In this document: in pieces, positions 9,769-18,400 of the stretch
How positions within the stretch are numbered: position 1 is the first letter of the stretch
Layout of the letters: each line of letters opens with the position of its first letter
Source of the DNA: Verrucomicrobiales bacterium
Lineage (GTDB): Bacteria > Verrucomicrobiota > Verrucomicrobiia > Limisphaerales > J093
Reading direction: 5' to 3'
Assembly: GCA_037445715.1 (NCBI GenBank)
Contig: JBBIJZ010000003.1
Coordinates: 19,935-83,934 of the forward strand
Length of the DNA stretch: 64,000 bases
Position numbers and translations under genes: made by a program
Notes under the pieces: model-generated
Told to the model about the DNA's origin: nothing
Database searches by the model: none
What the model saw: only the letters and a program-made list of their open reading frames with translations

Positions 9769-9832
9769 AGCCTGCTGAGAAACGTCGTATGCCTGATGAC
9801 CGAATGGAGGGGGACGACCTTAGTCTCCGAGA

Positions 9833-10327
9833 ATGAAGCACTTCATCCTCATGGCAGATTCCCATTCCCCCATACCGGCCGAAGGTCCCACCCCGGCATC
9901 TTCCCGCCTGCACCTGGTTTTGGTCGCTGTGTTGTTGCTTCTTCTTGGCGGAGCCAAGCTGGCTGGCCTCTGGGAAGCACGGGCCTCGGAAGACGCAGCA
10001 ACACTCGATCCGGTGCTGGGCATTTCGTCCGTACGCATCAGCTTACTCATGGGTTTGCTTGAGCTGATTTGTGGCATTATGATCCTCGCGCTCTGGTCCA
10101 ACCTGACTGCAGCTTACACATGCACCATGCTTGGAATGGCGTTTATCAGCTACCGTTGGCTAATAGCGACGTTCAGCACGACAAGCGAACCCTGCGGCTG
10201 TCTGGGAGTGGCGCGTAGCTGGCTGGGCGCGCTGAGGCAATACGAAGACAATGTTCTGGCGGCAACGGCGGTGTTCATATTTGTGGTCGGTGTCTGTGCC
10301 TGGCTGCGTGAGAAGCGCGTTTTATGA
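9833..10327 (+). CDS. MauE/DoxX-like four-TM membrane protein with CGCxG motif
   Basis: 164 aa with four predicted TM helices. The motif EPCGCLG (Cys codons at 10193..10201) lies before the last helix, matching the DCGCFG signature I associate with the MauE family. The stop overlaps the next gene's start. Confidence 0.55.
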   Translation: MKHFILMADSHSPIPAEGPTPASSRLHLVLVAVLLLLLGGAKLAGLWEARASEDAATLDPVLGISSVRISLLMGLLELICGIMILALWSNLTAAYTCTMLGMAFISYRWLIATFSTTSEPCGCLGVARSWLGALRQYEDNVLAATAVFIFVVGVCAWLREKRVL

Positions 10328-11883
10328 GCATGAGACGTCATTGGAATAGTACGATCCCGTACTACCTGATAGTACCGGTGTTGTTTCTCTTGCTGGTAAG
10401 CAGGTGTCCGATTGAGAGCGCGCTGTCAATCGGAGGCGACGATGGTTTTGAGCTCGCGAAGTCACTACTCGTGGCCAGAGCGCCCGAAGCCGCGCGTGAC
10501 ATGTACAACGACCAGCCATGGTTGCACACACTGGTCATTGGTCAGTTGTTTCGATGGTTCGGACCCCACGCGAGTATTCCCCGCCTTGTGTCCGTCATCT
10601 CCGCCCTTGCCCTAGTTGTCGCCCTTGGCTACCTGGCGAGCCGCACCGGCGGGGGCCTCGAGGTGATTCTGGTGGGGCTGTTCTTTCTCTCCAGTGAATA
10701 CATCACGACGGCGGCGCTGGCAGCCATGGTCGAACTGCCTGCCGTGGCTTGGGCGATGGTCGCTTCGACCATTTTGATCGCCAGCGAGCGCAACCACTGG
10801 GGATTCCGGGGTATTCTGCTGTCTGGAATCATGCTTGGGCTGGCCTTGAGCCTTAAACTAACGGCCGTAATTGTGATTCCGGCAACGGCGGTGTACCTTC
10901 TGGCGCAGCGCAGGTTGCGGGCTGCTTTTTGGACATGTAGTGCCTGGGTAGCTATCGCTGCGGCCTGTTTCACCGGTGTAGCCTTGTTGAGCCCGAGGTG
11001 CTCGTTTGATGAGCTGTGGGGTAGCCATAGCTTGGCCCGCCAGGCTCTGTCGCCCGAGCAGATGAAAACCTGGGCTTTTCATGGTTACCATTTTGTAACA
11101 AACCCTGCCCTGACTTTTGCGGCCGGACTTGGCCTGATTCGCGCGGTTCGGAGGCGGGAAAAAGAACTGATTTATGCCACCGCGCTCCTCGGTACCGCGG
11201 TTGTCATTGCGATTTTTCAGCGCCCCTGGTGGGGGTACTACGTGATCCATTTTTACACTCCCATGTCCCTTCTCGCTGCAGCCGCAGCCGGCGACGTTAT
11301 GTACGCGGTGTTCTCCCGGACAAAGGCTTTCACTGCGGTGTTTGCCAGATCAGCCGCGCATGGCTTCGGGATTGAGCAGCCTGCGTCCCGCTCTGCCATG
11401 ACATTTGCCTGTGCTGTAGCAGGGCTGGCTATGATCATCGGTTTGTGGAGTGGATTTACATTACCGAGATGGCTGTACGAAATCGGGAGCATCGAACAAG
11501 TTCGCCGGGCTGAGAACAGCGTTGTGTGCAGAGCAATGCGGCAGTACGTCACCGAGGTGAAATGGTGTTATACACCAGAAAGGGAATACGCCTTTCACGC
11601 TGGTCTTTTGGTGCCACCCGAGTTGATTGTCCTGTCAATCAAGCGTTTCCTGACGGGGTCACTCACAAACAAGAAAGTTCTTGAAGTCCTTAAACGCTAC
11701 GAGCCCGAACTGCTGCTGTTGAGTAAGCGGGACCTGAAGTTGCATGGAGAGTTGTCACAGTGGGTTCGTCTGAATTATACGTTGGTTGAGCAAGAAGACA
11801 TTGTCGAACTGTGGGTTCGCCGTGAAATCGCCAGGAATCCCCTCGGCGCTAGTGACCCCCGGCTTGTCGCCTGGAAGCTTTGA
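10324..11883 (+). CDS. GT-C fold membrane glycosyltransferase (ArnT/PMT, GT39/GT83-like)
   Basis: 519 aa. It is polytopic (about 10 or more hydrophobic helices). The first loop has an acidic motif, SIGGDDGFELAKSLL, followed by NDQPWLHTLVIGQLFRWFG, which resembles the DE/PPL region of PMT_2/ArnT enzymes. A C-terminal soluble domain follows. Start overlaps the upstream stop (ATGA at 10324). Confidence 0.6.
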   Translation: MSMRRHWNSTIPYYLIVPVLFLLLVSRCPIESALSIGGDDGFELAKSLLVARAPEAARDMYNDQPWLHTLVIGQLFRWFGPHASIPRLVSVISALALVVALGYLASRTGGGLEVILVGLFFLSSEYITTAALAAMVELPAVAWAMVASTILIASERNHWGFRGILLSGIMLGLALSLKLTAVIVIPATAVYLLAQRRLRAAFWTCSAWVAIAAACFTGVALLSPRCSFDELWGSHSLARQALSPEQMKTWAFHGYHFVTNPALTFAAGLGLIRAVRRREKELIYATALLGTAVVIAIFQRPWWGYYVIHFYTPMSLLAAAAAGDVMYAVFSRTKAFTAVFARSAAHGFGIEQPASRSAMTFACAVAGLAMIIGLWSGFTLPRWLYEIGSIEQVRRAENSVVCRAMRQYVTEVKWCYTPEREYAFHAGLLVPPELIVLSIKRFLTGSLTNKKVLEVLKRYEPELLLLSKRDLKLHGELSQWVRLNYTLVEQEDIVELWVRREIARNPLGASDPRLVAWKL

Positions 11884-11892
11884 AGGTGTTGC

Positions 11893-12825
11893 ATGAGAGT
11901 GCGAATCACGGTCAATATAGCTGGCAGCCTCGTGCCCGGTCACACGATTTACAGAACATATGTTTCGAACGATCGATGCCAAGGCATGTGTAAACGGGAT
12001 CAATCATGTCTGTCGTCGGAGAGGATCGTGCCCCCTGTCTTCATCAATTCACACGCGTTCACGCTCCTCGAGTTGCTGGCGGCTGTAACCATCCTGGCGA
12101 TACTTGCAAGCTTAACCATGGCCGCGGTCCATGGAGCGAAGAAACGCGCCACGAACGCCAACTGCATTTCGAATGTTCGACAACTTGCTGTTGCACTGCA
12201 AACGTTTGTCACGACCACCGGACAGTATCCGTTGGACTTCAATCCCGGGCGCATATTCCCTGAGCATGGAGTAAGCTGGGAAGGTTCTCTGTTCAGCAAC
12301 GACGAACAGTTGGCGCTCATGGACCGGAAGACACCAGGGGGGTCTTACAAGGGCGTCCTGCGATGTCCGGCTCAACGCCAGCCGGCTGATTGGGTCCCTG
12401 TTCCTGGGCGCGGTGTTTATATGTATTACGGCTATAATCAGGATGGCCTTATTGGCCCACAGCCTGGAAACAGCCTGGGTTTGGGCAAGCACATCGAGCC
12501 GAGCGGTGCCGTTCGGCCAGTGTCGGAGAACGAAGTGGTGAAGCCGGTGGAGATGGTGGCCATCGGTGACGGTTTCCGGGGTTGGGGCGGAAGGATAGAT
12601 GATGGCACTCAAATGCTCGGGAGAGACGCGAGAATGCTTTCCCTTGTTTCCTTCGGTGGGGACAGGCGGGCGCGCGCGCGGCACCAAGAAACGGCTACGA
12701 TTGCGTTTTGTGATGGGCATGTGGCGCGGGTCAAACTCGATTTCCTGTTCAAGGATACAGCGGATGAGGCGCTGCGCGTGTGGAATCGCGACAATCAACC
12801 TCACCGTGACCGCCTGACGCCCTGA
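11893..12825 (+). CDS. Prepilin-type N-terminal cleavage/methylation domain protein with H-X9-DG C-terminal motif (pseudopilin-like)
   Basis: N-terminal motif NSHAFTLLELLAAVTILAILASL, then CISNVRQLAVALQ. The C-terminal RHQETATIAFCDGHV is an exact H-X9-DG. ATG 11893 is preceded by GAAGGTG, which looks like an SD sequence. An alternative ATG at 11986 would give a shorter leader. Confidence 0.85.
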   Translation: MRVRITVNIAGSLVPGHTIYRTYVSNDRCQGMCKRDQSCLSSERIVPPVFINSHAFTLLELLAAVTILAILASLTMAAVHGAKKRATNANCISNVRQLAVALQTFVTTTGQYPLDFNPGRIFPEHGVSWEGSLFSNDEQLALMDRKTPGGSYKGVLRCPAQRQPADWVPVPGRGVYMYYGYNQDGLIGPQPGNSLGLGKHIEPSGAVRPVSENEVVKPVEMVAIGDGFRGWGGRIDDGTQMLGRDARMLSLVSFGGDRRARARHQETATIAFCDGHVARVKLDFLFKDTADEALRVWNRDNQPHRDRLTP

Positions 12826-12873
12826 TCATGAATTGCTTCGGCAACTTTATCTGTAGCGCGGCGACCAGCGTCT

Positions 12874-13815
12874 TTGTTAGACACGTCGGGTAACGTTGTT
12901 CATGGTCCGTTCCGATGCCTCGCCAAGGCGTGGACTCTGTGTCATGCGGCTGCTTCGCCCAATGGTTGCCAGGAGCAGCAGGATCCCGTGAAGGTCAATG
13001 TAACTCTGCCGGTATACAATGAGGAAGCGCAGCTTGGGACGAACGTCCGCCGCGTTATCGAGTTCTTGCGGACGCAGGGGTGGGATTCGGAACTCGTGAT
13101 CGCGGACAACGGCTCGAGGGATGGGACACTGGAGATCGCCAGGGGCTTGGAGCAAAGGGCGTCGAGCGAAGCGCCCAGTACACTGATGTCAGATGAAAGA
13201 TCGGAGACAGAAGGACGGGGGCAGAAGCCAGATGATCGTGGAGGGAGAACCGAAAGCGGTGAGCCAAGGAATAAGGGCGAAGAGCAAAGAGGGAAGACCA
13301 ACGTCCGAGTCGTTCACCTCGATCTCGCCGGGCGGGGTCGGGCGCTGAAGACGGCGTGGCTGGCCAGCGAGGCGGAGGTGCTGAGCTACATGGACGTGGA
13401 TCTCTCGACCGAGCTCACTCATCTGCCTGCATTGATCGAAGCAATCAGCCGCGGACAATGCGATGTGGCGATTGGCTCGCGCTTGTTACCCGAATCGAAG
13501 ACCACTCGCGGCTGGAAACGCGAACTGCTCTCGCGCGGGTACAACTGGCTTTTGCGCCTGGCGTTGGGGTTGCGGGTTCACGATGCCCAATGCGGCTTCA
13601 AAGCCCTCTCGCGCGCGGCCGCCCGCGCCTTGTTGCCGCAGGTGCGGGACATTGGTTTTTTCTTCGACACGGAGTTGCTGGTGCTCGCGCAGCGGCAGGG
13701 CTACTGCATAGCCGAGCTGCCCGTACGCTGGGTGGATGATCCGGATTCGCGTGTCCGGTTGGCGCGCACGATTTGGGAAGACCTGAAGGGCGTCTGGCGG
13801 CTGCGCCGCCGGTGA
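12874..13815 (+). CDS. GT2 family glycosyltransferase, polyprenyl-phosphate sugar synthase type (Dpm1/GtrB/ArnC-like)
   Basis: Motifs: VTLPVYNEE, VIADNGSRDGT, SYMDVDLS (DxD), AIGSRL, RVHDAQCGFKAL. The track start is TTG 12874. GTG 12988 (VKVNVTLPVYNEE), preceded by AGGAG, is a more likely start. A charged insertion of about 48 aa (residues ~96-143) interrupts the fold. Confidence 0.85.
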   Translation: MLDTSGNVVHGPFRCLAKAWTLCHAAASPNGCQEQQDPVKVNVTLPVYNEEAQLGTNVRRVIEFLRTQGWDSELVIADNGSRDGTLEIARGLEQRASSEAPSTLMSDERSETEGRGQKPDDRGGRTESGEPRNKGEEQRGKTNVRVVHLDLAGRGRALKTAWLASEAEVLSYMDVDLSTELTHLPALIEAISRGQCDVAIGSRLLPESKTTRGWKRELLSRGYNWLLRLALGLRVHDAQCGFKALSRAAARALLPQVRDIGFFFDTELLVLAQRQGYCIAELPVRWVDDPDSRVRLARTIWEDLKGVWRLRRR

Positions 13816-13857
13816 GGGATCGTGGCGGAGTGCTGGGGCATGCCGAATGCCAGATTC

Positions 13858-13945
13858 CAGAAGCTCTGGACCCCGGACCGAACCCGAAGACCGAAGTTGA
13901 GCAGGCGGGACGCACTGCGCTACGGGCCAACTTCGGCTTTCGGAC
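13858..13945 (-). repeat. Copy B of the intergenic repeat family, inverted relative to copy A (core 13880..13928)
   Basis: The reverse complement of 13880..13928 matches 7765..7813 at 45 of 49 positions. Its arms ccgaagaccgaagtt and aacttcggctttcgg are themselves near-inverted repeats. Confidence 0.75.
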
Positions 13946-14569
13946 TGGACCGGTTGTTTCCGTGACCGCTGGCCCGACGGCCGGGCTTGGTGGTTTGTGA
14001 ATTATTTCACCAGGGAAAAAATGCTGGTCAATCCAGCCATAGTACATGCCATGCGCAGCAAGAGCGGCCTGATGGCCGCCGGCCAGACCGGCCTTGAGCC
14101 CAAGCCATGATCGACAAACTGTTGAAAAACAAGTGTTTGGGAAAACAAACCAGCAGAACTGGCTCTCTTTCAAACGCCTTGGGGCGGCCCTCCACGACCC
14201 GGAATGGGCGTTACCGGGCCTTTGGATTGGCGTATGGCGGTCTGGCGGCGCGTTCCAGGGATTTTGTTGTCAGGTCCAGCGTCACGATGGAGCGCAGTAA
14301 AAGCGTTGCGGCGTGTTACCGCGCTTTTGTAGCGCGGTACAAAGGTCTTGTTGCGCCGCACCAAACTTCTGGATGACGATCCAGTGGCCTTGGAAGGCCC
14401 AGGCGCATCCGGATTTTGCGTTGTCCTTGACAGACCGGTTTGGGTTGAATATGCAATCACACGCCACCAGGACAGACGAGGGCCAGGACGGGCGTCTGGG
14501 TCGCTTGCCTGCCGCGGGACGGGAAAACAACACAGTCGGCCAACCATCAACCTCCGGGAAGGGAACATC

Positions 14570-14935
14570 ATGCCAGTCGCACCCAAAGTCATCGAAGAGA
14601 GCACGAATCGCATCCTCCGGGCGTGGGAAACGCTCGCGGCGGACCAGACGTTCGCCGGGATGTCGCTTGAACAATTCAAGGAGAAGGTCAAGCCGTCCTT
14701 TGACGCGCGCGCGGCGATCGCGAGTCTGGAGCAGGAGATGACGGCGGCGATCAACCGGCGCGACGAAGCGGACCGGGAGACGCAGCGGCTGGCCGGCTTG
14801 GTGGTGAACTCGGTTAAGGGCGACCTGGCGTTTGGCGAGGACAGCGACCTGTACGAGGCGATGGGCTACGTGCGCAAGAGCGAGCGCAAGACCGGGCTCA
14901 CGCGCAGGAAGCCCGCGGCCGGGGCCCAACCGTAG
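14570..14935 (+). CDS. Hypothetical protein (121 aa, predicted helical or coiled-coil)
   Basis: Trimmed from track ORF 14348..14935 to ATG 14570 (MPVAPKVIEESTNRILRAW). I recognise no motif. The coding call rests on ORF length, non-repetitive composition and a GGGAAGGGAA purine tract upstream. Confidence 0.45.
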   Translation: MPVAPKVIEESTNRILRAWETLAADQTFAGMSLEQFKEKVKPSFDARAAIASLEQEMTAAINRRDEADRETQRLAGLVVNSVKGDLAFGEDSDLYEAMGYVRKSERKTGLTRRKPAAGAQP

Positions 14936-15264
14936 CCAGGGCAGTTCTGGCGGGGTGACGCGACAGCCCGTCGGGCGGGAAGCCCGGCGCTACAGCAGGC
15001 AGGGAAGCCTGCTGCTACCGGCGGGGCCTCCTGCCGCCCCGCCTGTTTGAAGGATTTCTGAGGAGCGAGCGCCGCGAGCCCCAAACTCTCCCTCCGGCCA
15101 AGACGCGGCGTGCCCTGCCGTGCCTGGAGATGGCCTCGCTCAGGCAGGGCACCGCTGTGTCGGCGTCGGTTGGGGGCCGGCCTCTGGCTCAGCAGCCGGG
15201 TCTGTCGCCCCTCGGCGAGGGGCGACCCACCTTGTCGAGCCGCAGGCTCGACGCTACACCAACC

Positions 15265-15315
15265 GCAATGGCAAAAGCCGAAATCCGAAGTCAAAGAAAC
15301 GCGGCAGGCGGGAAA
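15265..15315 (-). repeat. Degenerate third copy (C) of the same repeat family
   Basis: aagccgaaatccgaagt...gcaggcggga shares the CCGAAxxCCGAAGT arm (13 of 16) and the GCAGGCGGGA block (10 of 10) with copy B. The remainder has diverged. Confidence 0.4.
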
Positions 15316-15441
15316 GCGAAATGACCGCCCAAAACCGCCGTGGTTGACGGCTGTTGGGCAGCGCGTACCGTGCTTGCGCAACCGCGGACGCCCCGGGCAT
15401 CTGCCGCGTCCGCGGGCCGTGTCCGGTTGGGAGACTGAGTT

Positions 15442-18400
15442 ATGCCTGACGATTCTGTGCGTGCGCAGCCCGCGCCCCGACGCCCCCGTGCCTCGCGTCG
15501 GCTCAAGTGGGCCGGCCTCGTTTTGGCGGCATTGGTGGTCCTGCTGGTGGCGCTGTACCTGGCGTTGACCAGCAGCGCGGTGCTGAAGGCGGTGGTGCTG
15601 CCGCGCGTGGGCGCCGCCTTGAACGCCCAGGTGACCGCCGGGGACATCCTGCTGCGTCCGCTGTCCGAGTTGCGGTTGAAGCAACTGGAGGTCACGCCCA
15701 CCAACGGTCCCACGCTGCTGCGGGCGGCGGACGTGACCGTGCGCTACGACCTGTTCAGCCTGGTCCGGGGCCGGTTCATCCTTCCGGAAATCAGCCTCGA
15801 CCGCCCGGAGGTGAACGTGCAGGTGGCCGGCGACGGCCGGAGCAACCTCGACGCCCTGCTCGCCCGGCCCGCCCCCCCCACCCCGGCGCGGGCCGAGGTC
15901 CCGGAACTGGACCTGGGCACCCTGAGCCTGCGCGGCGGCAGTCTGACCTATTGCGTGGAAGACCCCGCCGGCGGCCGTCAGTGCTCGACCGTGACCAACC
16001 TCGACCTGCAACTGACCGGCCTGAAAAACGGCGCCACGGCCCGGCTCAAACTCGAGGCCCTCGCCGCCCAGGTCAACACGCACCCCGACGGCGCGGCCGA
16101 TTCACTCCGCGCCCGGCTTCAGACCGAGGCCACGGTGGGCCTGAGCCGCCGCCTCACCCTCGAACAAATCGAGGCCAACCTGCAGGCCCGTGTCACGCAA
16201 GCCACCGGCGCTCTGGCGCCGGCAGACCAGTTGTCCGCCTCCCTGGCACTGAACCTCACCCCGGAGGAACTCCGCCAGTGCCGGCTGCGCTTCGAGCGCG
16301 CGGGCCAGTCCCTGGGCGAGGCGCGCCTGTCCGGGCCGTTCCAGCTCGCGCGCAACGAAGGCCGCCTCAGCTTCCAAATCACCGCGGTGGACCGCGCCGC
16401 CCTGGCATTGATTGGCGCGCCGCTGGGCGTGGACTTCGGCGAGACGGCCCTGAGCGGCTCGGGTTTTGTGGACCTGCGCCAGCGCGGGCAGCGGCTCATC
16501 GCCAGCCTGAACCTCGAGGCCCGCCGGTTTTCGGTCAAATGGGCCGGCCGGACCACTCCGGTGCTGGACCTCCAGTTCGAGCTGCGCGGCAACGCCGATC
16601 TCGAGGAACAGACCGCCTACCTCGAGCGTGTGAGCCTGTCGGCCCGCTCCGGGGGACGTGATCTGCTGAACGTCGCCTCCCAGCGCGCCATCAACCTGGC
16701 CTGGAGCCGCGCCGAGCCCCGCGCCGCCGCGCCCGCGGTCGTCAACCTCGCACTCAATGACCTGCGCCTGGCGGACTGGCAGGCCTGGCTTCCCACCAAC
16801 GCGCTCGGGGGCGTGGTCAACGCGAGCGCCACCCTCACCAGCGCCCAGGACGGCCGCCAGCTCACCCTCGACCTCACCAACACCGTCCGCAGCCTGGGCC
16901 TGGCGGCCGGGGGCCTGGCCCTCCAGGACCTGGGCGCGGACCTGACCGCGCGCCTGGCCCTGCAGGACTACCGGATGTTGAACCTCGAACAGCTCGAGTG
17001 GGTCGGCAGCGAGGGCGGCACGGCGCTGGTGCGCGGCCAGGCCACGGCGGCGGTGGACCTGCGCGAGCTCAGCGGCAGTTCCCAGGTCCGTCTCGAGGGC
17101 GAACTGCCGGTCCTGCTGGCCCGTCACCCGGTGCCGGGACTGGACTTCACCAAGGGCCGCGTGCGCCTCAACGCCCTGCTCAACTGGGCCCGCGCCCGCA
17201 CCGCGGCCTCGTTGACCGCCCTGCTGGGCGACCTGGCCGGTCGCGCGGGCAGTTACCGGCTGGACGGTTATTCCGCCGAGTTCGAGCTGAGCGGCGACCT
17301 CGCCGGCGACAAACTCACGCTGCGGCGTCTGGGCCTCAGCGCCCGTGAAGGCACGCGCAGCGGCGGCTCCGGCGACCTCACCGGGCTGGTGGACGCGGCC
17401 ACCCAGACCGCCCAGTTCACCCTCAACCTCAGCGGGCTGAACCAGCTTGCGTTGCGGCCGTTGCTGGCCGGGTTGCCCGGCGGCGTGGAAGTCGCCGCGC
17501 TCCTGGTCAACGCCACCGGCCAGCTCCGGCACGATGCCCAGACCCGCCCCACGGGCCCGCCGGGCGACTTCGCGGCCTTTCAAGGCGTATTGACCTCCCT
17601 GGCCGAAGGCCGGGGAGAAACCACCTTCCGCTTCACGGCCGAGGTGCCGACCCTGGTCCTGACCAACCGCATCCGGGCGCGAACCGGCGCGCTCAACGGC
17701 CTGGCCCTGCAACTGGACGCCACCCGGCGCGGCTCGCAACTGGCGCTGGCGACCAACTGGGTCCAGCTCCCCACCACCGCGCGCGCCGCCACGAACCGGC
17801 TGAACTTCACCGGTATCTTTGACCTGGCCCCCACCAACCCCGCCCCCGCCACCGGCAGCGTGCGGGCAAACGTGCTGGACCTGACTCCGCTGCTGGACTT
17901 CGCCACGGTCCGGGAAAGCGCAGAGACCGCGCCCGCGCCGGGCCCCGAGACCGAGCCGGACCCGGTGGAACTGCCGCTGCGCCAGCTCACGGCCGAACTG
18001 CAGGTGGAGCGGTTGTACCTACGGGACCTGGTCCTGCGGGACTGGACCGCCCGGGCCGAGGTGCGCGACGGCCAGGTCCGCATCCAGCCCTGCACGCTGC
18101 GCGTGGACGACGCGCCGGTGTCGGCCACGGTCCGGCTGGACCTGACCCGGCCGGGCTACGCGTATGAATTCGGGCTGGACGCCGCCGGGGTGCACCTGGG
18201 GCCGCTGGTGGACACGTTCTCTCCCGAGTACGCCGGGCAAATCCAGGGCGATCTCCTGGCCAAACTCCAGCTCCGCGGGGCCGGCCTCACCGGCCCGAAC
18301 CTGCAACGTCACCTCCGGGGTCAGGCCACCTTGGACACCACCAACCTCAATTTCCAGATCGTCACCCCGCGCGCCAGGAAACTCCTGACCGCCCTGGCCA

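Noticed and set aside
14340-14440. Possible cobalamin riboswitch on the minus strand (AAATCC...GCCACTGG)
   Set aside because: Only two short consensus fragments are present. I found no B12 box or GGGAA element. No minus-strand gene lies downstream that it could regulate, because the next feature is the 3' end of a plus-strand gene.
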